A stretch of DNA of 64,000 bases from Minisyncoccota bacterium (GTDB lineage: Bacteria > Patescibacteriota > Minisyncoccia > Phycocordibacterales > GWA1-40-21), in NCBI GenBank assembly GCA_041674925.1, contig JBAYUW010000003.1:2042-66041 (forward strand). The letters run 5' to 3'. The position numbers and the translations under genes were made by a program. Positions within the stretch are counted from its first letter, which is position 1. Every line of letters starts with the position of its first letter. This document shows, piece by piece, positions 46,026-56,341 of this stretch. The notes beneath the pieces are model-generated. The model did no database searches and had not been told where the DNA came from. It saw only the letters and a program-made list of their open reading frames with translations.

Positions 46026-48341
46026 TTAAACAGTGAAGTTTCTATTGATTATGCCGTTGTCGGCTAGAATCACTGGGGAAGTATAGACGAGTGAATAGCT
46101 CTCATCGTCATTTTTCTTTTCGACTTTGACAAAATATTTTCCTTTATTGACCAAGCAGTAATAACGTCCGATTTTATCGGCAACTTTATTGGTAATCTCC
46201 ACATTTAAATCAGCGGAAAAGATTCGCACGATAGCAAAAGAAAGAGGATTGCCGTTTTTGTCGAGCAGGGCACCAGTCGCTTTTTGTTTTAAACCAAATT
46301 TTCTCAGAACAGCGAGAAGAAGATACAAGCAGAAGATGACAATGTTGTATGGAGCGCTGACTAGGAATAGAGAAATAAGCGAGACGAGAAAACCAATTCG
46401 GAAAATCCAGTCGGTGAGGATTCTGACGATTTTTTCTCGTTTGGAATAGAACTTCATTAATTTTTTCTGACCTTTGACGAATTCATTCCAGTCAAATTTA
46501 ACTGGGTCAAGAGGAATATTTTTACTGATCACTGCGCCGGTAACTGGCACATTTATTTCGCCACCCAAATATAGGTTATTATACAAAGCGTCTTCAGTTT
46601 TACCCGCCATTTTTTTAGAAGGGAAAATATAATTTGTTTTATTTGCAGTCAGAAGATATTGACCTGGGCTGACCAAGAAGCCATAGCGACCATCAAGGTC
46701 GGTGATCGAAGTCATATCATCTTTGCTATTAATTTTTGTGAGAGTGACATAGGCTGGATCGATAGGCTGTTTGGTCACACTATCATACACGGTACCCCAA
46801 GGGCGATTTCTTTTCTTTAAACCTAAGACGCTCAAAAGTAATCCCCAGACTTTAAATGGTAAAAAGGCGAGATCGGCGATGGCCATACCATTGATCGCTA
46901 GGACTGAAGTGGCGGCCAAACCCCCACCAATCACTCCGGCGGTCGTGATAGTTTTTGTTACGGCAGAACCTGTCGGATTATCAATAATTTTTTTGGCGCC
47001 TAAGATAATTTCTTGGGTGGTGGTGCCGAGGACTTCCAAATTCTCGATCGGAAGTAAAGTCTCTGTCTTTTCAGTAGATTTTCCAGGATGATTATTTTCG
47101 ACAGGGTCCGGTGTCTCAATTGGAACTATTTCACCCTCGTCGTTTATTTGGCAGGCTCGACTTATGTCTGGTCCTACGCCACCTTCGCAGTTTGCTGGTA
47201 GTCTAATCAAGACATTGCGAGTCTGGTTGCCGTTTACACAATCTGACCAAGAAGAATATGTATATTCAGAACAAAATGGAATAACTACTGGTGGCGGCGG
47301 AATGATTCTTCTGACAGTAATTGAAATTGTATCAGTCTTGGTTTGATCGGATTGTAGTCTGGCTTGAATGGTGATGGTGAGAAATTGTAGAAGGGGAGCG
47401 TCGGCAAAAGATGGGGCGATATAAAGCCCGCTATCGTTTATTGTGCCGTAATAATTTCCATAAACTATTGGCATATTGGTAATGTTCCAAACGAGATTAG
47501 TAGAAGTTGTGCCTGTGACGGTCGCGGTTAGTTGTAATTGTTGATTGGCAAAAATAGTTGTTTGGGTTGGGGTGTTAATTGAAACATTTATTGATGGGGT
47601 CGTTGTTGAAGTTATGACAGTACAAGATTCAGTGGTTGTCGCTGTTACTCCACCGCTACAGTTTGATGGGTATTCTCGGGAAATACTTCTGGTTCTTTGG
47701 CCGTTTGTACATGGTCCCCAGTCACTATAATCAAAAGATCTACAATCAGGTGAACCGCCACCGCCCGGATCCTCTGGTGGTGGGGCTGGTGTTGGATTAG
47801 TCCAAGCTGTCTCTACTCCTTGATTATTTGGTGTATCAGAAAAAGAAATCCAGCCAATATTTTCTCCCCAAGCGTGGCCAGAAAAGACACCGGTGTCTCG
47901 GTTGATCGTTACTCCACCCCCATCTGGATTAAATTTTATCCAACCAATATTTTCTCCCCAGGCCTCACCGGAAAGATTTCCAATACTGTCATTTGATACG
48001 CCGTATTCAAAATCATCACATGAACCATCAATATTTTCACAAGTCATTGAAATCCAGCCAATATTTTCTCCCCAAGCATAGCCATATAGTTTTGTATCAG
48101 AAACATACACCCGGCCTTCGACATGGCTAGTATCTGTTCCGAAGTTTATCCAACCAACTGTATCACTCCAAGCGTAACCGGAAGTTGTGGTGGCGCTACT
48201 GTCGGCCTCGACAAGATCAATTACCGCGGCTGATTGTTTGCCGATATCGAGATTACTAATTTGGCTTAAATTTGTGCCAATAAATATAACCAAAGCAAAA
48301 ATTGCCAAACTTGCTAAATATTTTTTTAGAACAGCTCTCAT
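46026..48341 (-). CDS. Large surface/membrane protein with AWGENIGW repeats, TSP1-like Cys modules and carboxypeptidase-regulatory-like domains
   Basis: 4x GxAWxxxxGWIxF-like repeats; 2x SxWxxCxNGxxTR..C; TDLDGRYGFLV. Confidence 0.8.
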   Translation of the reverse strand: MRAVLKKYLASLAIFALVIFIGTNLSQISNLDIGKQSAAVIDLVEADSSATTTSGYAWSDTVGWINFGTDTSHVEGRVYVSDTKLYGYAWGENIGWISMTCENIDGSCDDFEYGVSNDSIGNLSGEAWGENIGWIKFNPDGGGVTINRDTGVFSGHAWGENIGWISFSDTPNNQGVETAWTNPTPAPPPEDPGGGGSPDCRSFDYSDWGPCTNGQRTRSISREYPSNCSGGVTATTTESCTVITSTTTPSINVSINTPTQTTIFANQQLQLTATVTGTTSTNLVWNITNMPIVYGNYYGTINDSGLYIAPSFADAPLLQFLTITIQARLQSDQTKTDTISITVRRIIPPPPVVIPFCSEYTYSSWSDCVNGNQTRNVLIRLPANCEGGVGPDISRACQINDEGEIVPIETPDPVENNHPGKSTEKTETLLPIENLEVLGTTTQEIILGAKKIIDNPTGSAVTKTITTAGVIGGGLAATSVLAINGMAIADLAFLPFKVWGLLLSVLGLKKRNRPWGTVYDSVTKQPIDPAYVTLTKINSKDDMTSITDLDGRYGFLVSPGQYLLTANKTNYIFPSKKMAGKTEDALYNNLYLGGEINVPVTGAVISKNIPLDPVKFDWNEFVKGQKKLMKFYSKREKIVRILTDWIFRIGFLVSLISLFLVSAPYNIVIFCLYLLLAVLRKFGLKQKATGALLDKNGNPLSFAIVRIFSADLNVEITNKVADKIGRYYCLVNKGKYFVKVEKKNDDESYSLVYTSPVILADNGIINRNFTV

Positions 48342-48367
48342 TTATCTTATAATTATATCACTGTGAC

Positions 48368-49090
48368 CTAGTTTTGTAAAAGAATAAAATACTCTTTATT
48401 ACCAGAACCACCGAGAATTGGGGAATCAATGATTCCCATTATTTTAAGCCCTATTTTTTCACTAAAATCACCAATCTTTTTGAGCACTGATTCTCGACTT
48501 TCTTTTGTCTTCACAATTCCACTTTTATTTTTTTCCTCCTTCTTTGTTTCAAATTGCGGTTTGATTAAAGCAATAATTAATCCATTTTGTTTTACCAAGT
48601 TTTTGACCGATTCCAAGACCAATTCTAAAGAAATAAAAGACACATCAATCACTGCTAAATCAATCTCTTCTGGTAATTTCTCTACTTTTCTAATGTCTGT
48701 CTTTTCCATCAATATTATTTTAGGGTCTTTCTTTAAATCAGCATCAAATTGATCCGTTCCGACGTCCACAGCGTAAACTTTTTTGGCCCCCTGACGTAGC
48801 AGACATTCCGTAAAACCACCAGTTGAAGATCCGACGTCCAACGCAATCAATTTACTTGGATCAATTTTAAACTCTAAAAGAGCCTTTTCGAGTTTTAGAC
48901 CACCACGGCCGACATATTGCTTTTCTGTCCCGATAATCTCTATTTTTGAATCAAGGTCAACTTGCTCAGAATTTTTCTGAATAATTTTACCATCGACAGT
49001 TATTCTCTGAGCTTTAATCAATTCACTTCCAGCATGACGGCTTTTGGCTAGGCCTTTCTCAAAAAGCAAGATATCAATTCGTTTTTTCAT
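48368..49090 (-). CDS. tlyA: TlyA family rRNA methyltransferase
   Basis: S4 domain, YVGRGGLKL, DVGSSTGGFT, DVSFISL, IKPQFE, GNKEY. Confidence 0.94.
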   Translation of the reverse strand: MKKRIDILLFEKGLAKSRHAGSELIKAQRITVDGKIIQKNSEQVDLDSKIEIIGTEKQYVGRGGLKLEKALLEFKIDPSKLIALDVGSSTGGFTECLLRQGAKKVYAVDVGTDQFDADLKKDPKIILMEKTDIRKVEKLPEEIDLAVIDVSFISLELVLESVKNLVKQNGLIIALIKPQFETKKEEKNKSGIVKTKESRESVLKKIGDFSEKIGLKIMGIIDSPILGGSGNKEYFILLQN

Positions 49091-49209
49091 CCTTTGATTC
49101 TAGCAGAAATTAGTCTTTAGTGCTGTGGATAACTTTTACCTTTGCACTTTTCAACTCAACTGTTATAATAGAAGGAGCTTAATAGCTTTTAATAATTTAA
49201 CAATAAAAT

Positions 49210-49707
49210 ATGTCTCTTATGAAAAGAACACAGTCTCGCGCAAAAGGTTTTACCCTTTTGGAAATCTTACTGGTTGTCGGTATCATCTCTATTTTGGCCG
49301 GTATCGTTATCTTGGCGATCAACCCCACCCGCCAGCTCGGTGACACCCGCAACGCCCAACGCCGTTCTGATGTTTTAACTATCTTAAACGCCATCTATCA
49401 GTATTCAATTGATAATCCAGGAGGTATAGATACAATTGTTAGTCTTACGGATCCTATTTACGCTAGTTCAGATTGTGGTGCTGCCAATGCAACTGACGCT
49501 TTATTACTAGAAGACGCCCTTGTTGGTGCTGGAGCAACCTATTTAACAGCAATTCCAACTGATCCAACAGCGACAGATCCTACGACTGAAGCCGAATACT
49601 ACCTTAGTCAGGATGCCACAACTCATCGTATAACTGTTTGTGCCCCAAATTCTGTCGGTGAAGGAAATATACCAAGTGGTGGTGATCAAATCGAGGTCAC
49701 TCGATAG
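49210..49707 (+). CDS. Type IV pilin (second cluster)
   Basis: GFTLLEILLVVGIISILAGIVILAINP, RNAQRRSD, IPTDP. Confidence 0.9.
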   Translation: MSLMKRTQSRAKGFTLLEILLVVGIISILAGIVILAINPTRQLGDTRNAQRRSDVLTILNAIYQYSIDNPGGIDTIVSLTDPIYASSDCGAANATDALLLEDALVGAGATYLTAIPTDPTATDPTTEAEYYLSQDATTHRITVCAPNSVGEGNIPSGGDQIEVTR

Positions 49708-49745
49708 TTTTTCTCTCTCTCGTCATCTGTCTATTTAAACAATAC

Positions 49746-51440
49746 ATGGTTTTAACCCTTGAAAAATTAAAAGAAATACTGGTGACTGGCGGTTATGTCG
49801 GTGAATCTAGTTTTGATAAAGTGATGTCTTCGGCTACCCGAAAAGGGGAATCCTTGGAAATTGATCTAGTCAAAGCCGATATTATCAAAGACGAAAAATT
49901 GGGAGAAGCGTTGTCAAAATACTACAAAGTCCCTTTTGTTGATTTGAAAGAAGAAAATATTCAGAACGATCTATTGGAAATGTTACCAGAAGCCGTGGCC
50001 CGAGCGCAAAAAGCGGTAATCTTCGGTAAAACTTTGGAAGGTTATAATCTTGCTACTTCAAATCCAGAAAATTACGAATTCATCAAGCATGTCGATCAGG
50101 CTAGTGAAGGAAGAGTGACGGTCTATTATGCGACTCCTTTAGGCATGGAAGAAGCTTTCAAAGCCTATAAAAACAACATCTTCAAAAATGTTGTTGATTT
50201 GATCGAAGATTATAAACTTCATAATAATGAAAATAATATTGCCCTTTTGTTGAACCAGTTTCTGGAATATGCTTATGACAACAACGCTTCGGATGTGCAT
50301 ATTGAGCCTTTGTCTGACGATACAGTCTCTGTCCGTTTTCGAATTGACGGTATTTTAAATGAGGTGGTCAGATATCCGATTGAAATGCATGACAAAATCG
50401 TTTTTCGTGTCAAAATTATGTCACATTTGCGCACCGACGAGCGTGACGCTACTCAAGACGGTCGTTTTGAATATACGACCGAAAACATGTCCTTCGATGT
50501 TCGTGTATCTTTGTTGCCAGTCACAAACGGCGAAAATATTGTCTTCCGTATTTTATCGGAACGCACCAAGAAAATTGTCTTGGAAGATTTGGGTCTAAAT
50601 GAGAATGATATTGTGAGAGTAAAGAAGGCGATTGCTCAACCATACGGAATGATTCTGTCTGTTGGTCCGACTGGTGCTGGTAAAACCACGACTCTTTATT
50701 CTTTAGTTCAGATTCTGGCGAGTTTGCCAATAAATATTGTGACGATTGAGGATCCGGTGGAATACAGTATTGATCGAGTTCAGCAGATTCAGGTGAATCT
50801 CAAGAAAAACATCACTTTTGCCAATGGTCTGCGTTCGATTGTCCGTCAAGACCCCGACATTATCATGGTCGGAGAAATTCGCGACAATGAAACAGCCAGT
50901 ATTGCAGTGAATGCCGCGATGACTGGACACCTACTCCTTTCGACTTTGCATGCCAATGATGCTGCGACGATTTTTCCTCGTTTACTCGAAATGGGCATCG
51001 AGCCGTTCTTGGTCGCTTCTTCAGTCAATATCGTTTTGGCTCAAAGATTGGTTCGAAAAGTTTGTCCTCATTGTAAGATGAATCATCCTAAAACCGCGGC
51101 CGATGTGCCCGGTCTCGTGGCAATGGAAGAAGAACCAAGATTTCAAAATATTCTCAAGAAATTCTTTCCAGGTAAAAAATTAAAAGACATTAAATTATAT
51201 AAAGGGACTGGTTGTAAAGTTTGTAAACACACTGGATATTTGGGTCGAATCGCCGTCTTTGAAGTGATGGAGGTAGATGACGATATTCGAGCCTTGATCA
51301 GCGTCAAATCTTCTTCTTCAATCATTCAGAACAAAGCTGAAGAGAATGGAATGATTCCAATGTACTATAACGGTCTTGTCCACTTATTTAACGGCACAAC
51401 GACTTTCGATGAATTGGATAGCTTGTCTAATCTCGATTAA
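49746..51440 (+). CDS. pilB: PilB/GspE ATPase (second copy)
   Basis: ASDVHIEP, GPTGAGKT, RQDPDIIMVGEIRD, CPHC and CKVC. Confidence 0.92.
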   Translation: MVLTLEKLKEILVTGGYVGESSFDKVMSSATRKGESLEIDLVKADIIKDEKLGEALSKYYKVPFVDLKEENIQNDLLEMLPEAVARAQKAVIFGKTLEGYNLATSNPENYEFIKHVDQASEGRVTVYYATPLGMEEAFKAYKNNIFKNVVDLIEDYKLHNNENNIALLLNQFLEYAYDNNASDVHIEPLSDDTVSVRFRIDGILNEVVRYPIEMHDKIVFRVKIMSHLRTDERDATQDGRFEYTTENMSFDVRVSLLPVTNGENIVFRILSERTKKIVLEDLGLNENDIVRVKKAIAQPYGMILSVGPTGAGKTTTLYSLVQILASLPINIVTIEDPVEYSIDRVQQIQVNLKKNITFANGLRSIVRQDPDIIMVGEIRDNETASIAVNAAMTGHLLLSTLHANDAATIFPRLLEMGIEPFLVASSVNIVLAQRLVRKVCPHCKMNHPKTAADVPGLVAMEEEPRFQNILKKFFPGKKLKDIKLYKGTGCKVCKHTGYLGRIAVFEVMEVDDDIRALISVKSSSSIIQNKAEENGMIPMYYNGLVHLFNGTTTFDELDSLSNLD

Positions 51441-51442
51441 AA

Positions 51443-52519
51443 ATGAAATTAAAAATTAATTTTAATAAATTTTTTAATAAAGTTCCAATCGAAGAGCAGA
51501 TTAACTTTGCAAAAAATCTAGCCGTCTTGCTCCGTGGTGGCGTGACGCTTAATGAAGCGATAAATTCTCTCGCCGATCAGGCTCGCCCTGGCCCGATGAA
51601 GAAAATTTTGTATCGTCTGAAAGGCCGAATCGAAAACGGTGTGTCTTTGAATTCCGCTATCGCTGAAGAAGAAGGCTCTTTTGGTAAGATTTTTATCAGC
51701 TTGGTCAAAGCCGGTGAGTTGTCTGGATCATTAGCTGATAACTTGGAATTCTTGTCGGTCTGGCTCGAGCGTGATAGTCATCTACGTAAAGAAATAAATG
51801 GCGTGATGCTGTATCCAAAAATTGTGCTAACGGCCGTGATTTTACTTGGTGGTGGTTTGACGATTTTCATCTTACCCCGACTGATCCCCATGTTTACCAG
51901 TCTTCATGTCGAATTACCTTTGATTACTAAAGTTGTTTTGAGCATTTCCTTATTTATTCAGCAATATTGGTTGTTTGTTATTGCTGGAGCTTTTTTGATC
52001 TGGTTGTTTATCTTTCTCTTATTTAGGATTAGATATATGAAATATCTTTATCACAAGACTCTTGTCTTCTTGCCCTACATTAAAGAATTCGTGGTTGGTT
52101 ATCAGTTAGCTCTTTTTGCCCAGCTGATGGGGACTTTGTTAAAATCTGGTATCACTATTGATGAAGCTTTGGAAATTGCTTATGTCGGTACTTCTAATTT
52201 GTACTATAAAAAAGTCTTGAGAGAAATTATTGATCGCATTAAAAACGGTATTTCTTTAGTGGCGACTATGGAAAATTATAGTGAATTATATCCGACCAAT
52301 TCGATGAGCGTCCTTTTGGTGGGAGAGAATAGCGGAACCTTGGAAGATTCTTTCTTTAAAATTTCTGATTTTTGGACCAAAGAAATAATTGATCGCACAA
52401 AAATATTACCAACTATTATCGAGCCGGTTTTGCTGGTCGTCATTGCTTTGGCGGTCGGTCTGATCGCGATGTCTATTATCTTACCAATCTACAAACTGAC
52501 TGGAAACTTAGGAATTTAA
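51443..52519 (+). CDS. pilC: PilC/GspF platform protein (second copy)
   Basis: FAKNLAVLL, GELSGSL, MLYP, GENSGTL, IIEP. Confidence 0.9.
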   Translation: MKLKINFNKFFNKVPIEEQINFAKNLAVLLRGGVTLNEAINSLADQARPGPMKKILYRLKGRIENGVSLNSAIAEEEGSFGKIFISLVKAGELSGSLADNLEFLSVWLERDSHLRKEINGVMLYPKIVLTAVILLGGGLTIFILPRLIPMFTSLHVELPLITKVVLSISLFIQQYWLFVIAGAFLIWLFIFLLFRIRYMKYLYHKTLVFLPYIKEFVVGYQLALFAQLMGTLLKSGITIDEALEIAYVGTSNLYYKKVLREIIDRIKNGISLVATMENYSELYPTNSMSVLLVGENSGTLEDSFFKISDFWTKEIIDRTKILPTIIEPVLLVVIALAVGLIAMSIILPIYKLTGNLGI

Positions 52520-52524
52520 AATTT

Positions 52525-53922
52525 ATGTTTAAAAGAGGCTTTACACTGATCGAAATTCTCTTGGTGGTCGGTATTGCGGCCGGTATTTTTTTACTTTCGG
52601 CGCCGTATAGTTTGAAGTTTTATCAAACCCAGCTTGTCGAGGAAGCACGAAATAATTTAGCTGACACTATTCAGCGAGCTCGACATAATGCCATATTGCA
52701 AAAAGGCGACACCGATTTAGGAGTAAGCTTGGCTGATGCGAATGGGTACACACTATTTCGTGGTTCGGCGTATAATAATCCAAGTGATTCAGATGAAGTT
52801 TATACTTGGACAAACGGCATAACTATTGATACTTCAAATTTCGGCGATTCTGATGAAATTGTTTTTTCAAAATTGACAGGTCAACCAAGCGCCACGGGTA
52901 CGATAACCATAAATTTTGGAGACATCTCTCGCCATATTTTTTTAGCTGATAGTGGTAGTGTCGTAAAAACGGCGACATCGACTGCTGAAAATCAATCCGA
53001 TACAGTTCCTGGTGTGCCAACCAGCGTTTCTGCCGTTGCTGGTAATGCAAGCGCGACAATAACCTTTAGTGCCCCTGCTGATGATGGTGGTTCCGCCATT
53101 ACCAGCTATACTGTCACCTCATCTCCGGGTAATTTTTTTAGTACTGGAGCATCCTCGCCAATTGTTGTCTCTGGTCTGACTAATACCACCAGTTATACAT
53201 TTACTGTTACCGCCACAAATGCAATTGGTACAAGTGATTCTTCTAGCGCTTCAAATTCCATAACACCGACATCTATTCCTTCCAGCGGACTTATCGCTTA
53301 TTGGTCATTCAACGGTAATGCGAATGAATCTATTGCTAGTAAAAATGGAACAGTTGTAGGTGGTGCATCATTAACAACCGGTGTAAAAGGTTTGTCCAAT
53401 ACTGCTTATAGTTTTGGAACTGGCAAATATATAAATATAAGCCAGACTATTGGTACAATTAAAACAATATCAGTTTGGTTTTATAATAGCCAAATTTTAA
53501 CTGCAAGCTCTGGCGGAAAAGGTATAATCGAAACTAATTATTCTATTGGTGGTGGTGGTTATTCTGGTATAACCGCCGGAGACGTCACTGGTTATTTAAC
53601 CAATGAAATTATTTCGATTGCTATGCCGTCAAGCAATATAAAATACGGCTGGTGCGACGCTGCCGGTAGCGTTGCGGTTGGTTGGCATCACTTGGTTGTT
53701 AATTTTAACGTCGCTTCGCATGATATATATCTGGATAATGTACAGATAAATAATTGTAGTAATGACGCCGCCACTTCAAACTTTGGAACATTTATGACCA
53801 CCATTGGTTTTATGGATTCCGGTACTTATTATTGGGGTGGCTCACTTGATGAGGTTCGTGTTTATAACCGAGCCTTAACTACTGATGAAATTAGCAATAT
53901 ATATAATGAAGAAAAACCATAA
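52525..53922 (+). CDS. Minor pilin fused to fibronectin type III and LamG-like domains
   Basis: GFTLIE; PGVPTSV..DDGGSAITSY..GLTN..YTFTVTATNAIG; LIAYWSFNG..WHHLV..LDEVRVYNRAL. Confidence 0.87.
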   Translation: MFKRGFTLIEILLVVGIAAGIFLLSAPYSLKFYQTQLVEEARNNLADTIQRARHNAILQKGDTDLGVSLADANGYTLFRGSAYNNPSDSDEVYTWTNGITIDTSNFGDSDEIVFSKLTGQPSATGTITINFGDISRHIFLADSGSVVKTATSTAENQSDTVPGVPTSVSAVAGNASATITFSAPADDGGSAITSYTVTSSPGNFFSTGASSPIVVSGLTNTTSYTFTVTATNAIGTSDSSSASNSITPTSIPSSGLIAYWSFNGNANESIASKNGTVVGGASLTTGVKGLSNTAYSFGTGKYINISQTIGTIKTISVWFYNSQILTASSGGKGIIETNYSIGGGGYSGITAGDVTGYLTNEIISIAMPSSNIKYGWCDAAGSVAVGWHHLVVNFNVASHDIYLDNVQINNCSNDAATSNFGTFMTTIGFMDSGTYYWGGSLDEVRVYNRALTTDEISNIYNEEKP

Positions 53923-53942
53923 TTTTGAAGATAGAAAACACA

Positions 53943-54377
53943 ATGTCAAAAAATACGCATAAAAATTTAGGCTTTAGTTTACTCGAATTAGTTTTGGCGA
54001 TCGCGATTTTTTCTTTGGGCAGTATTGCCATGGCGACCTTGATTATTGATTCAAACTTGAGTACTAAAACAGCGATTGAGAGAACAGAAGCTTTGTTTTA
54101 TGCCAAAGAGGGTCTCGAAGCAACGCGATCAATCCGTGACAATGATTGGGCAGATTTGGAAACAGGAAATAAGGGTCTTAATTTTGAGGCAGAAGGGTCG
54201 TGGAGGTTCAATGGGGCTGCTTATGATTTAATTAGTGATGATAAATATACCAGAGTCATTGCTATTAGTGATTTATCAGCTGATACAAAACAAATTATTT
54301 CAACAATTACTTGGGATGTGACACCCTCCAGAGAAGCCAGTGTAAGTCTGACTACGATACTTGGTAATTGGAGATAA
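53943..54377 (+). CDS. Minor pilin (PilV-like)
   Basis: GFSLLELVLAI, AKEGLEA. Confidence 0.83.
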   Translation: MSKNTHKNLGFSLLELVLAIAIFSLGSIAMATLIIDSNLSTKTAIERTEALFYAKEGLEATRSIRDNDWADLETGNKGLNFEAEGSWRFNGAAYDLISDDKYTRVIAISDLSADTKQIISTITWDVTPSREASVSLTTILGNWR

Positions 54378-54406
54378 TCAGTTTTTTTTGTGATATAATT
54401 TATAAA

Positions 54407-54622
54407 ATGAAAAAAGGCTTTACATTAATTGAAGCAGTTTTATATCTGGCGATTGCTGGTACGGTTTTGTATTTCATCAGCGGTTTTGCTTTTAATGTGA
54501 TCTTTGGTCGGGCGAAAATCGAGACAATCCAAGATGTCAACCAAAACAGTCGCTCGGTTTTGGATGAGATTAGTAATTCGGTTAGTGAGGCAATTGAAAT
54601 CAATGGTGTGGTCACCCAATAA
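54407..54622 (+). CDS. Short minor pilin (71 aa, possibly truncated)
   Basis: MKKGFTLIEAVLYLAI. Confidence 0.72.
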   Translation: MKKGFTLIEAVLYLAIAGTVLYFISGFAFNVIFGRAKIETIQDVNQNSRSVLDEISNSVSEAIEINGVVTQ

Positions 54623-55040
54623 AAAAAATAACCGAGGATTTTTAGTTTTAACTATGGTACTTTTGGTTAGTGCTGTGGTCTTAGCTGTGGGGGCGGGAAT
54701 TATGCTTCGTTCAATCGGCGAAGTCACTGAAACTTCAGATTCTGAAATGGCACTCAAGGCTTGGAGTACGGTCAACGCTTGTGGCGAAATTGCTGTACTC
54801 GAGCTTTCCACCACCACTAATAGTCGTGAAGGTTGGTCATATGGTGGTGACGTAGAAATCGATGTTGGAAATGATAATAATCCATGTTATATTTACCCTA
54901 TAGAAACTAGTGGATCAGCCAAAATTATCAAGGCTTCGTCAACGGTTTCTGATTTTACCAGAAAATTACTGATTGAAGTGGCGACAAATACCCCGTCTGT
55001 AATTATTAATTCTTGGGAGCTGGTAGCTGATTTTGAATAA
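54603..55040 (+). CDS. Minor pilin (PilX-like)
   Basis: RGFLVLTMVLL, ACGEIA. Confidence 0.72.
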   Translation: MVWSPNKKNNRGFLVLTMVLLVSAVVLAVGAGIMLRSIGEVTETSDSEMALKAWSTVNACGEIAVLELSTTTNSREGWSYGGDVEIDVGNDNNPCYIYPIETSGSAKIIKASSTVSDFTRKLLIEVATNTPSVIINSWELVADFE

Positions 55041-55045
55041 AACAT

Positions 55046-56338
55046 ATGAGTATAAAAAAGATTTTAAAAGATGCTTTGACGATTAAATTTGACCAAGCTT
55101 TTGGACTGGATATTTCCGATCGTTCGGTGGAAATCGTCGAGCTCGAGAAAGTCTTTCGTTTTTCAGTCAAGACTTACGGCCGAACAGAATTAGCCGAAGG
55201 AATAGTCTCGAACGGCCAAATTCTTGATGCTAATGCCTTAGCAGAAAAAATCAAAAGATTATTGAAAGATGTGAAACCAAAGAGGGTTTCAACGAATAAG
55301 GTGATTGTTTCTTTGCCAGAGTCTCAAGTCTTTATTCAGTGTTTTGTTTTGGATGCTAATTTGAAATCAAATGTCTTAAAGCAGGCTATTATTGATAAAG
55401 TTTCTTTATTGATGCCGATCGGCGTTGATAAGACTTATTGGGATTACGATGTCAAACCATTGCCCGATAAAAATAAAAAATTAATTATTTTTATTAGCGT
55501 GCCAAAAGATATTGCGACTGGTTATGTCAAATTCTGTAACTCGATTGGTCTCGAGGTAGTGTCTTTATGTGTTGAGTCCCTCAGTTTAGCGCGAGCTATT
55601 TTGAAGAAGTCAGACAAGCAAAGTTTGATTATGGATATAGGCGCGCACTCGACCAATCTCAGTTTTTTTGATAGTAATGACAAAATTAATATGTCTGTAA
55701 CTGTGCCAGTGGCTGGAGCGGATTTTACCGAGACGATCAAGGCTCGTTTGAAAATTGAAAATAACGAAGCTGAGTCACTCAAGGCTAAGTTTGGTATTAA
55801 AGATGTTAAGGAAAACAATATCCGCGAGATAATCATGCCGATGATTGAGGATATTCTAAAAGAAACCGAAGGGGCAATTAAATATTACGAAGAAACTTTT
55901 AAGCAAAAACTAGATGATATTTATTTGCTCGGGGGATCGGCTTTATTGCCTGGTCTTGTTGAATTAATTAAGGGCCGTTTGAAAAAAGAAGTTCAGGTAG
56001 TGAAAAATGGTAATAATATTAACTTAAACTCGTTTGGTGGAAAAGACAAAGATTTCTCTATTTTTGCCAACGTTATTGGTCTTGGTATGCTCGGTGCTAG
56101 CGGGGAATTCAAGGATTTAAACTTACTAAGGCAGATGCCGTCATCGGCGACAAACGCCGTCAATAAACTAAGCTTGTTTAATATGGGCTATCTAAGTCGG
56201 GTAAATACTATCAGAACTATTATCAATAACAAGTATATTTTGATCATCCTTGTCATCTTAATCGGTTTGATCTTTGCTATTCTGATTCAACAGGCTGAAA
56301 ACTATGGTTTCGCTTCAGTTTACAGTACTAGTCTATAA
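55046..56338 (+). CDS. pilM: PilM-like protein with C-terminal TM extension
   Basis: FGLDISDRSV, VSLPE, MDIGA, LLGGSA. Confidence 0.85.
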   Translation: MSIKKILKDALTIKFDQAFGLDISDRSVEIVELEKVFRFSVKTYGRTELAEGIVSNGQILDANALAEKIKRLLKDVKPKRVSTNKVIVSLPESQVFIQCFVLDANLKSNVLKQAIIDKVSLLMPIGVDKTYWDYDVKPLPDKNKKLIIFISVPKDIATGYVKFCNSIGLEVVSLCVESLSLARAILKKSDKQSLIMDIGAHSTNLSFFDSNDKINMSVTVPVAGADFTETIKARLKIENNEAESLKAKFGIKDVKENNIREIIMPMIEDILKETEGAIKYYEETFKQKLDDIYLLGGSALLPGLVELIKGRLKKEVQVVKNGNNINLNSFGGKDKDFSIFANVIGLGMLGASGEFKDLNLLRQMPSSATNAVNKLSLFNMGYLSRVNTIRTIINNKYILIILVILIGLIFAILIQQAENYGFASVYSTSL

Positions 56339-56341
56339 TTT

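Noticed and set aside
52525-53922. Diversity-generating retroelement target
   Set aside because: No reverse transcriptase and no template/variable repeat pair seen in the window.
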